The translations under genes and the position numbers were made by a program. Positions 13,271 through 23,505 of a stretch of DNA of 64,000 bases are shown here, piece by piece. The DNA comes from Octopus vulgaris (taxonomy: Eukaryota), in NCBI GenBank assembly GCA_951406725.2, contig OX597827.1, positions 32,922,001 through 32,986,000 of the forward strand, given 5' to 3'. The notes beneath the pieces were generated by a model that saw nothing but the letters and a program-made list of their open reading frames with translations, was not told the origin of the DNA and did not search any database. The stretch's first letter is position 1. Every line of letters starts with the position of its first letter.

Positions 13271-13644
13271 ATTTAATGAGAAAATCACTGAAATAAATAC
13301 GATCTAAGTTAGTTCTCAGCCATAGAATATGATCCAAATAATGATATCGTTAAATAACAAAAAACCTAAATAGATCTTAGCCATGGAATGCTATCTAAGT
13401 AGAATATGACCTAAAGAGGATCCCATCCATAAAGAATTAAACAAAATACAATTTGATTGGAGTATCTTCTGAATAAAAGGTTGCTTTAGAGATAATCTCT
13501 AAAGCAGGGGTCTCCAACTAGCAAGTCACTGTTCAGTGCCAAGCCATGCACCATTTGGTATCAGACCACACAGAAAAACAGACCATCATAGCCTGCAGGC
13601 TGTTTATGCATTAGAAAGGTGTCATATCTGTAGCTTGCATTCTA

Positions 13645-14010
13645 AACATTTGACTGTGGCCATGCTGGGGCACCACCTCAAGGAATTTTTAGTCAAATTG
13701 GCTTGTTTTCTAAGCCTGCTACTTAATCTATCGGTCTCTTTTGCCAAACTGCTAAGTTAAGGGGACATAAATACACCAACACTGGTTGTCAAGCGGTGGT
13801 AGGTGACAAACACAGACTCAAAGACACACCCACACACATATTACACGTGATGGGCTTCTTTACAGTTTCCATGTACCAAATCCACTCACAAGGCTATTGT
13901 CAGCCCGAGGCTATAGTAGAAGACACTTGCTCAATGTGTCACACAGTGGAACTGAACCCGGAACCATATGGTGGGGAAGCAAGCTTTTTACCACACAGTC
14001 ACACCTGCAC
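13645..14010 (-). mobile_element. tRNA-derived SINE family D
   Basis: Head GTGGCTGTGTGGTAAG..GGTTCAGTCCCACTG..GCAAGTGTCTTCTACTATAGCC, tail GTGCCCCAGCATGGCCACAGTCAAATG; multi-copy in window. Confidence 0.85.
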
Positions 14011-14784
14011 CGATGTGATAATCACAGCATATATCATGCACTCTCCTGTGTTTTGTCATGCATGTAATTATCTTGCATGAAATTGGTCTGTGGTGCTAAA
14101 AAGACTAGAAACCAGTGATTGAAAGGAAGCTGGGTAATAAAATATCTGAGTTACAAGTTAGCCAGGGGAGGTAATCTTGGTTAGTTCTAATAATACATAT
14201 GCCTAAATTATATACATATATATCATTTAGGCATAGGATATCATACAGCTACAACAGGTTGCACTGTAGGATATGATTTAAAATAGGTGATATCATGTCA
14301 GAAAAGAAGTGATTAGGTGTGTGTGTGTGAGTATGTGTGTGTTTGGCTGAGGTGATGAATCAATATTTGTGAGATGAGAATAAGGGGTGAGGACTAGTAA
14401 TGAGTGGAGGCAAAACAATGAGGGGAGGAGGGAGATTAGGTAAATTTCTGAGCTGAGAGACCAGTGTGGTGGGAGGGTAGTAGGGGTCAAGTTGTGAGCC
14501 GTCAGTGTGGAATTAATTGCTGAACTAGGATAAGGAGGATATCAGGGTAGACTAGTGTAGGGTAGGGTAGGGTAGGGTAATAACCTGAGATGAGACTTTG
14601 GGTGGGGGGTGGGGGAGAAGGAGATTTTGACTGTGGAGGGAGTTCTTTAAGATGTATCTATTGTCTGAGTTTACTGATTATGTGTATGTGTGCATGTGTG
14701 TGTGTGTGTGTTTATTACACCAATTACCACAAGGACTGAAGGCCTCAAGAATCTTGGTGATAAAAAATACAACAAAAATCAAAA

Positions 14785-14790
14785 ACAACA

Positions 14791-14855
<65 letters not shown>

Positions 14856-14895
14856 AAAAATAATAATGATAATAATAATAATGATGATGATGATG

Positions 14896-14953
<58 letters not shown>

Positions 14954-14985
14954 TGATAATAATAATAATAATAATAATAATAAAT
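14785..14985. repeat. (GAT)n/(AAT)n microsatellite downstream of the RhoBTB stop (probable 3'UTR)
   Basis: Trinucleotide arrays ~200 nt past the stop codon on the minus strand. Confidence 0.9.
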
Positions 14986-15179
14986 TAAAATAAAATAAAA
15001 TAAAACACAAAAATAAGAATAAAACAAAAAAAATAGCAGTGAACAAACAAACAGCAGTTTCAGTTGTATTTAAGATCGAAAGCAGAGTTTTTTTTTGTGT
15101 TTTTGTTATTGTTATTTCTTTTTTTTCAACTGTTTGACAGAAGTAGTTCCAGTGAGTCAGCGAATTGCCAAAGCAAAGG

Positions 15180-15357
15180 TCAACTGTTGGGCAGTTCAAG
15201 AGGGTCAGCCATGCTACTGTGACTGTGCCGTCGGCTAAAACACAGACAGCTGCTGGTGCAGCGTTCCCATCGGCTAAACTGTTGTTGCTTTTGGTGTTGT
15301 TGTTTCTTTGAAGGGCTGTTTAATAAACTCTGAAATAGTTCCATCTCTTTAACATAC
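15180..15357 (-). CDS. RhoBTB: RhoBTB terminal coding exon 8
   Basis: Acceptor ATTTGCAG|G completes W, then YVKEMELFQSLLNSPSKKQQHQ...DPLELPNS*, continuing the WPPxWYxKE motif; TGA at 15182-15180. Total 693 aa. Confidence 0.88.
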
Positions 15358-15394
15358 CTGCAAATAGAAATCACTTCAGTTAAACAATTACTAT

Positions 15395-15812
15395 CACCAT
15401 CGAGTGGGATCACTGCCAGAGCAGCTGTCTGGCTTCCATGCCGGTGGACAGGTAAAAAGCACCATTTGAGTGTGATCATTACCAGCGTCGCCTTAATGGC
15501 ACGTGAACAAAACATTCGAGCGAGGTTTTTGCCAGTGCCACTGGACTGACTCCTGTGCTGGTGGCACGTAAAAAACACCATTTCGAGCATGGCCGTTGCC
15601 AGTATCGCCAGACTGGCCCTCGTGCAAGTGGCACGTAAAAGTACCCACTACACCCTTGGAGTGGTTAGCATTAGGAAAGGCTTCCAGCTGAAGAAACTCT
15701 GCCAGATCAGATCGGAGCCTGGCCCAGCCATCTGGTTCGACAGTCCTCAGTCAAACCGTCAAATGCTTGTTAGCATGGAAAGCAGACATTAAACGATGAT
15801 GATGATGATGAT
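15395..15812 (+). mobile_element. RTE LINE 3'UTR fragment with (GAT)n tail
   Basis: Homologous to 740-1095; begins ~35 nt from the last RhoBTB acceptor. Confidence 0.85.
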
Positions 15813-15824
15813 GGTTGAGGAGGA

Positions 15825-16153
15825 TCGAGGACTTGATGGTGGATGCTGGGGTTGGAGGCTGGCAAAGGTGAATGGAGTACGGTGGTATGGGCATGTGTTG
15901 AGGAGGAATGAAGAGCATGTTCTGAGGAGGGTGCTCGAGTTTTTAGCAAATGGACCGTGAAAGTGAGGTAGACCAAAAATGTGGAGGGGACAGGTGGAAG
16001 GGGAGATTGGGAGGGTTGGCTTGAGAAGGGACAATGCCCAAAACCAGGCAAGATGGCGAGATGGTGTGAGGGCAGTTGCTATGGCATTGAAGTAGATCTG
16101 GCCACTCCTGTTAAGGGGACAAAACCCAGATTTAAAACACTGGATGATGATGA
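15825..16153 (+). mobile_element. 3' end of a second RTE-like family
   Basis: CGGTGGTATGGGCATGTGTTGAGGAGG = RWYGHVLRR; ends in TGGATGATGATGA. Confidence 0.65.
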
Positions 16154-16155
16154 TT

Positions 16156-16657
16156 GAATAAGAGAGCAGCACATGACATCAAAGTGACACAAGGGAGCAC
16201 ATTTATGAAGCCCAATATAACCATCATTACCACCATCAGGGTACATCAAGCACATGCATCACAACTATACGTGCACAACATGGATCTTATATCAAAATAA
16301 ACAGCACATGACCTTGCAGGTGGGGCACAGTTAGAATTTTCTTCAGGTCAAATAGCCCATCCCACTCTAAAAGGTCCCTGAATAAGGGTTGGTTAAGGAT
16401 GTTGAACAAAACACCCATGTTTCCAAAGGTGAATTATCCAAACCTCCAAGAATCCCTCTCAACACATGGCTATGATGCTCCCTTACTACTTCTGCTCGTG
16501 ATCAGAGATGCACGTATTGTCAGCCACTAAAGGACATGCTCAACTGGTTAAGGTCAAACAACTGACAAGTAAATCTGTGGTTTTGAGCAGAATATTTTAT
16601 ACCAAGGCAAAACAATGTACAAGGTAGCACTTCTAATCAGTTAAGATCAGAAACCAT
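16156..16657 (-). mobile_element. ~550-bp TAA-associated non-coding element (family T), near-full copy
   Basis: Reverse complement of 26306-26854, lacking the first ~30 nt. Confidence 0.85.
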
Positions 16658-16688
16658 TATTTATTATTATTGAGATTGGACAATAGTT

Positions 16689-16768
16689 GAGATGATGAGG
16701 CTACTGATCCAGAAACATGGATCTACAATCGTAGATCCATGTTTCTGGATCAGTAGCCTCATCATCTC
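16689..16768. repeat. Perfect 38-bp inverted repeat with 4-nt loop
   Basis: GAGATGATGAGGCTACTGATCCAGAAACATGGATCTAC-AATC-GTAGATCCATGTTTCTGGATCAGTAGCCTCATCATCTC. Confidence 0.97.
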
Positions 16769-17254
16769 CAAGCAATAAGCACATCCTCTTCTTCAATGGG
16801 ACATCAAAATCATAGAATTTTCGATTCTTGAAATTATCTCCCCTTCTCATGTGGAGCTGCTCTTACTTGTCATTTGGTTAGGACTAAACATCATTTCAAG
16901 GTGGAGAGGATTTTAATAAATCAAGAAATTATGTTGTATGGTATTATTATCATTATTATTATTATCATTATCATCATCATTATTATTATTATTATCATTA
17001 TTATTAATATTATTATCATCATTATTATTATTATTAATATTATTATTATTATCATTATTATTATTATTATTAATATTATTATCATCATTATTATTAATAT
17101 TATTATTATTATCATCATTATTATTATTATTATTATTATAATTATTATTATTATTATCATTATTATTATTGTTATTATTATTACTATTATTATTACTATT
17201 ATTATTATTATCATTATTATTATTATCATTATTATTATTATTATTATTATTATT

Positions 17255-18020
17255 CAGTAGTTTTATTTTTATAGCGTGCTTTCACTTCACTACCGAGCGC
17301 AGCTCTGTGTGCCTTGGGTATGTGCTGTGATTTGTTGTGATGCTCTGATGGTTATTGTATGGAAAGTGTTCTGCGTAGGATGTGTGCAGTGCCTAGTAGT
17401 GCAATTTTCTGTATGTTATATGTGTTTGTAAGTCCTGGTGTTTTTGTTATGTATTTGTCTGAATATTTTTTTATCATGCCTAATGCACCTACTATGATAG
17501 GAATTGTTTCTGTTTTCAGGTTCCACATTCTAGTTACCTCTATTTCCAGGTCTTTGTATTTTGAGAGTTTCTCCATTTCTTTTAGAGACACGTTGTCATC
17601 TGCCGGTATTGATACATCAATTAGAAAGCATTTTTTTTCTTCATGATCTCTGACAACTATATCTGGTCTGTTGGCCTTAATTTCTCTATCTGTGTGTATC
17701 GGCATATCCCAGAGTATGGTTGCTTTCTCGTTTTCTGTGACCTTTTCTGGTGTGTGCCTATACCATCTTTTTTCTGTTGTTATTCCATAATGTTGGCATA
17801 GCTTCCAATGTATGTAGGTTCCAACTCTGTCATGTCTGTGAATATATTTCTTCTTAGCCAGGACTGGGCAGCTAGAGATAATATGATTTATTGTTTCTTG
17901 TCCATCTCCACATATTCTGCAGTTACTTGTAATATTTCTTTTCATTACATGTTTTTGGTAATTTCTGGTGGGGAGGCTTTGGTCTTGTGCTGCAATTAAA
18001 AATCCCTCTGTTTCTGCTTT
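17255..18020 (-). mobile_element. R4/Dong-clade RLE retrotransposon, 5'-truncated (subfamily A)
   Basis: ORF 17352-18035: CRIC..ETINHIISSC zinc knuckle, RHD, RPDIV..D..K..KY restriction-like endonuclease. Both junctions in (TAA)n; near-identical to 25520-26282. Confidence 0.93.
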
Positions 18021-18054
18021 TATTATTATTATCATTATTATTATTATTATTACT

Positions 18055-19157
18055 ATTTAATTTTTATTTTATTTTTATCTAGTTTCAGCTCACAAGCTGT
18101 GGCCATGCTGGGGCACCGCCATTTGGTGTTGCTGCATGATTTTACTTCACGAATGCTTTTTAGCAATTGACATTTGGTGCATGAGAGAGTTCGATGCAGC
18201 TGCCCTCATCTGCACCTCCTCCCGTGAAGTTGGTTCATCTGGAACACCTGACAAGAAGAGATCCAGTTTTATTTTAAAGACATCTGCATCCACCCCATGC
18301 AGGTCTCTTAGGTTCTTCGGGAGGGTATTGAAGAGCTGTGGGCCTCGGAAGCCCAGGCTATCACAGTATCTTGTCCTACATCTTGATGGCAAATTTGGAG
18401 TCCTTGGCACTATGCAGTGGCGCCCAGTTCTGGAATTTGTGTAACTCTTGATGTCAAAGTTTGGGACAAGTCGTTCTAGGATCTTCCAGATGTATATTAT
18501 GGCATATCTTTCTCGCCTACGCTCTAAGGAATAGAGTATCAATCTCTTGAGTCTTTCCCAATAGCTTATATGCTGCACAGAGGCTATCTTCTTCGTGTAG
18601 CTACATTGGATCGCCTCAAGTTCTGTGATTAACTTGACACTGGATGGTGACCATAGCTGAGAGCAATAGTCAAAGTGGCTTAGGATAAGTGTCCTTCAGA
18701 GGACTATCATGGTTTCCTGGTCTCTTGTTCTAAAGGTTCTAAGAATCCATCCGGTCAGCCACCTACATTTCATTGCCAATTTAGCAACATGCACATGAAA
18801 GGTTGCATCATCGCTCATGTAAATACCCAGGTCTCGCACTGATTGTGCCTCTGGGATTGCAATCCCTCCAGGTCCAGTGTATTTATTGGGTATTGCATTT
18901 AGTTTTGCATGCTGATAGCATAAAGCTTGAAACTTTTCAGCATTGAACTGCATGCTATTCTTTTCAGCCCACTTGTATATTTTGTCTAGCTCACATTGCA
19001 GGTGCTTAGTGTCTTCAGGGTTCTGTATTGCCTGTGAAACTTTTGTATCATCTGCATAACTTGTGATCGTGGCTCTCTGCGTGGCTGAGGGAATGTCTGA
19101 GAGGGCCATTATGAACAGTAGTGGTCCCAAAACAGTGCCTTGCGGAACACCACTCAC
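18055..19157 (-). mobile_element. CR1/L2-group LINE, 5'-truncated (RT C-half plus 3' end)
   Basis: GVPQGTVLGPLLF..YADDTK..VRDLGI, then SYWERLKRL..SLERRRER..GPQLFNTLP..FKIKLD. 3' end GGTGCCCCAGCATGGCCACAGC..(TAAAA)n; frame disrupted. Confidence 0.9.
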
Positions 19158-19262
19158 TATTTATTATTATTATTATCATTATCATTATTATTGTTATTAT
19201 CATTATTATCATAATTATCATTATTATTATTATTATCATTATTATTATTATTATTATTATTA

Positions 19263-19308
<46 letters not shown>

Positions 19309-19424
19309 TACTATTATTATCATCATCATTATTATTATTATTATTATTACTATTTTTATTATTACTATTATTATTATTATTATTATCATTATTATTATTA
19401 TCATTATTATTATTATTATCATTA

Positions 19425-19463
<39 letters not shown>

Positions 19464-19637
19464 GATTATTATCATTATTATTATCATCATTATTATTATT
19501 ATCATTATCATTATTATCATTATTATCATTATTATTATTATTATTATCATTATTATTATCATTATTATTATCAATATTATTATTATTATTATTAGTATCA
19601 TTATTATTATTATTATTATTATTATTACTACTACTAC

Positions 19638-19669
<32 letters not shown>

Positions 19670-19709
19670 GTACTACTACTATTATTATTATTAGTACTAC
19701 TACTACTAC

Positions 19710-19753
<44 letters not shown>

Positions 19754-19763
19754 GTACTACTAC

Positions 19764-19794
<31 letters not shown>

Positions 19795-20544
19795 TGATAT
19801 ACCTGCGCTTGTCTATGCTTGTAGGGCACTCAGGCTACAAGAAATGGCAGCTAAATCTCTGAAGACGGGGTGGATTTAAGTGGAATGCCTATGAACACAA
19901 AAGTTTGCTCAATCAGGATCAACCTGGGGCTGAACAACAATTGGGTTAATGTTTCACTCTGATACATAAAGTATAAGTGGTTACTAACTACCGAAGGTGT
20001 GTGGCTTAGTGGTTAGGCTGTTGTTGAACTCAGGAATGTGGGATCATGGTTTCAATTCCCAAACTAGGTGGTGTATTGTGTTCTTGAGCAAAACACATCA
20101 TTTCAAGTTCTTCCAGTCTTACCGTGTGATGGACCGGGGTTTGTTTAGGGTGGGATGGGTGTGCTGTAATCTTATATGCCGTGGAGACTAGGTTAAGTTC
20201 AAGCCTTATGAGTCCCAGGGCACAGGACAGAATTAAGTCTAAGTACACTATAAGTCAATGAGCCAAAGAAGGAAGGTCTATGCAGTCATGGGATATGCTA
20301 GAAATGATAACCATATAACTCAGATCTCCTTAAAAAAGAGATACATTGGATAAAGTAGTCCAAAGTATATGTGTCATTGTTTTATGTCTCCTTTTCCGTG
20401 TTGGCATGGATCAGATGGAACTTTTTGAGGTACCATTTTATGGATTTTCTTCTTGGATGCCAACTCATTTAGTTGCTGGTTTGACATGCAGGAACATGGT
20501 TCCCCAATTCTAAAAATCAGGAGATACAAGGCACACGATTCGTC

Positions 20545-20855
20545 ATTGTCATCGACATTTAATGTCCATTTTCCATGTTGGCATGGGTTGGACGATTTGA
20601 CAGGAGCTGCCCAGCCGGAGAATTGCTCAGGCCCCAATTTTCTGTTTCTACAACTGGATGCCTTTCCTAATTCCAACCACTTTACAGAGTGTGCTGGGTG
20701 TTTTTTACGTGGCACAAGCACCAGTGCTTTATATGTGACACCAACATGGGTGCTTTATATGTGGAACTGGCATGGGTACCTTTTACATGACACCAGCATG
20801 TGTGCCTTTTATGTGGCACCAGCATGGGTGCTTCTTATGTGGCACTGGCACTAAA
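20545..20855 (-). mobile_element. RTE 3'UTR fragment
   Basis: TTTAATGTCCATTTTCCATGTTGGCATGGGTTGGAC..GGATGCCTTTCCTAA..repeated TTTTA(C/T)GTGGCAC units. Confidence 0.75.
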
Positions 20856-20983
20856 AAACAATAAACAATAGATGCTCAATGTTTGATCATAATCTCTTAA
20901 AGCAATTAAAAACAAGAACAAAAACACACAAAAATAAGGGACAAAAAATAAGACATACGAATGTTTAAGAGCGCTGAACTTAC

Positions 20984-21132
20984 CATTCAGGAGGCCATCT
21001 ATGTTTATCAATAAACAACTGGTTCTCCAAACTGAGAGTTTTGTAGAGTTTCACATATTGTGGGAATATGTCGAGAAAATGAACACAAAGGTAGTGAAGG
21101 CACCACTTTGCAAGCTGTACGGCATTGTGTAG
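20984..21132 (-). CDS. RhoBTB: RhoBTB coding exon 7
   Basis: Hand translation LHNAVQLAKWCLHYLCVHFLDIFPQYVKLYKTLSLENQLFIDKHRWPPE(W) has the RhoBTB HNA.QL..WCLH...HRWPP.WY motif. Acceptor CCTTCCAG|, donor TG|GTAAGT; 149 nt, phase 0 to 2. Confidence 0.94.
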
Positions 21133-21274
21133 CTGGAAGGAAAAGGAACATAGAGATGACAGCGAGAACCATACAAGGGATTGCCATCACAGTAAATGTA
21201 CAAAACCGTGAAAATTTCAGAGGGTGAAGAGATGGGGATAATTTGAACTTCCATTTTCTACTGAAATTTCATAC

Positions 21275-21672
21275 TCTTTACTCTTTACTGTTTTACTTAT
21301 TTCAGTCATTTGACTGCAGCCTTGCTGGAGCACTGCCTTTAGTTGAGCACATCAACCCCAGGACTTATTCTTTGTAAGCCTAGTACTTATTCTATTGGTC
21401 TCTTTTGCCGAACCACTAAGTTACGGGGACGTAAACACACCAGCATCAATTGTCAAGCAATGTTGGAGGGACAAACACAGACACACAAACACACACATAT
21501 ATATACATATACACGACGAGCTTCTTTCAGTTTCTGTCTACCAAATCCACTCACAAGGCTTTGGTCGGCCCTAGGCTATAGTAGAAGACACTTGCCCACG
21601 GTGCCACGCAGTGGGACTGAACCCAGAACCATGTGGTTGGTAAGCAAGCTACTTACCACACAGCCACTCCTG
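21275..21672 (-). mobile_element. SINE family D, full length
   Basis: Head, internal (CA/TA)n and tail ..CAGTCAAATGACTGAAATAAGTAAAA are all present. Confidence 0.9.
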
Positions 21673-21782
21673 GTTAACTTTTATTCCAAACATTAGCTTG
21701 ATAGCAACAAAGTTATCTAATCAAATTCTTCGTTATTTTAAAAACTAATTGAAACAAAATGAATTCAACAGAAATACATTAA

Positions 21783-22200
21783 TAGGTGCAGATGTGGCTG
21801 TGTAGTAAGAAGTTTGCTTCCCAACTGTATGGTTCCAGGTTCAGTCCCTCTGTGTGGCACTTTGGGCAGGTGTCTTCTACTATAGGCTCAGGCTGACCAA
21901 AGCCTTGAGAGTGGATCAGGTAGAAGGAAACTGAAAGAAGCTCTTTGTATATATATATATATATATATATAGACATATGTGTGTGTTTTCCACCATGACC
22001 ACCACCACTTGCCAACTGGTGTTGGTTGGTTTATGTCCCCCACAACTTAGCAGTTTGGCAAAAGAGAATGATAGAATGAGTATCAGGCTTAAAAAAAAAC
22101 AAGTACTGGGGGGTGATTTGCTTGACTAAAATTCCACTCAAATGAGTGCCCCAGCATGGTCACAGTCTAATGACTGACACAAGTAAAAGAATAAAAGATA
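21783..22200 (+). mobile_element. SINE family D, full length, head-to-head with the previous copy
   Basis: AGGTGCAGATGTGGCTGTGTAGTAAG...GTGCCCCAGCATGGTCACAGTCTAATGACTGACACAAGTAAAAGA. Confidence 0.9.
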
Positions 22201-22306
22201 ACAAAAGGGTTTATGATGGGATCAACAAGTGAAATGAATTGGCTACGATCTAAATAAACAAAGCAATCTGAGGTAACAGATAAAGGAAGGCAGTTCTGTA
22301 ACAAAC

Positions 22307-22546
22307 CTGTGCAGTTTCCAGAATACTCAACACATCTTCCATAATGTTAACATTGGCTTCTTCCTGTATTCCCAACTCCTGGACGACATGCCCTTCAGTG
22401 AAAGCAACAAGACGAGGGAGGCACAAACGATTAGCCACCTCAATTAGGCTCATACAATCAACACCAGCCATACATGGTGATTCACCTGTGTAAAGGTACT
22501 CTTGGAGAGCTTTAAAGGTATCTTTGCAGATACCTGGGAATGAAAT
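22307..22546 (-). CDS. RhoBTB: RhoBTB coding exon 6 (second BTB, C-part)
   Basis: ISFPGICKDTFKALQEYLYTG...LIEVANRLCLPRLVAFTE...ILETAQ. Acceptor TTTTACAG|, donor CAG|GTTTGT; 240 nt, phase 0 to 0. Confidence 0.94.
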
Positions 22547-22894
22547 CTGTAAAAAGGGAGAAAAACAGCATAAAATTAATACACGCTCACTAATGCTTGC
22601 TTTGTCTCTCCTCCTCCTCCTCCTCCTCCTCCTCTCTCTCTCTCTAGATTGTGCTTCCACCATCACTCTTTCTCTCTCTCTCTCAATGGGCTCTCACTCC
22701 CTCTCTATATCTAGATGTCTCCCTCTTGTTCTCCCACTTCTCTCCTTGTTAACCCTCTGTATGTAGGAGTGTTTCTCTCTTTTTTTTCTCCCTTTTCTCT
22801 CCCTCTATATACAAGTATCTCTCTTTCTTTCTCTAACTCTAGATAGTCTTTCTCCTATTCTGTCTTTGTACCTCCTTCTTGTTGTCTATACTTA

Positions 22895-22930
<36 letters not shown>

Positions 22931-23211
22931 TTCTTTCACACAAACACTCTCTCTCTCCTTGTCTCTTTCTCTCTCTCTCTCTCTCTCACTCTTTCTTTCA
23001 CACAAACAATCTCTCTCTCCCTGTCTCTTTCTCTCTCTCTCTCTCTCTCTTACTCTCTCTCTCTCTCCCTCTCTGCACATATATGTTACTCACTCATCCA
23101 TCCATCTGTCTGACTATTTGATACACCAAATGACGGAATGATCACAAAAAGTCTTTATTCAAAGATTTGCTTCATCAATAATGTCTTGGACTAAACACCA
23201 CCACCACCACC

Positions 23212-23258
<47 letters not shown>

Positions 23259-23292
23259 AATCAGCAACAAAAAGAAAAACAGGTAAAATTAC

Positions 23293-23411
23293 CACTTTTG
23301 CCGAAGATTCCCGAAAGTTATCACTAAACATTGCATACATCATTTCACAGTGAGCCATCAGGAGGGGTTTGTGTGCTCGAACCATTCCATCATCAACTTC
23401 AAATGTGACAT
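23293..23411 (-). CDS. RhoBTB: RhoBTB coding exon 5 (second BTB, N-part)
   Basis: (D)VTFEVDDGMVRAHKPLLMAHCEMMYAMFSDNFRESSAKV. Acceptor CACTGCAG|, donor GTG|GTAATT; 119 nt, phase 1 to 0. Confidence 0.93.
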
Positions 23412-23436
23412 CTGCAGTGGGATAATAATAATAATG

Positions 23437-23491
<55 letters not shown>

Positions 23492-23505
23492 TAATAATAA
23501 TAATG

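Larger units (their letters stand above)
16940..19795. repeat. Large compound (TAT/CAT/TAC)n microsatellite field interrupted by two LINEs
   Basis: Arrays at 16940-17254, 18021-18055 and 19158-19795. Confidence 0.95.

Noticed and set aside
14652-15199. ORFs of poly-I/N/D/Y/L (also at 16874-17260, 19048-19829, 27386-27826, 29407-30135, 49678-50092)
   Set aside because: Translations of trinucleotide microsatellites; no coding evidence.
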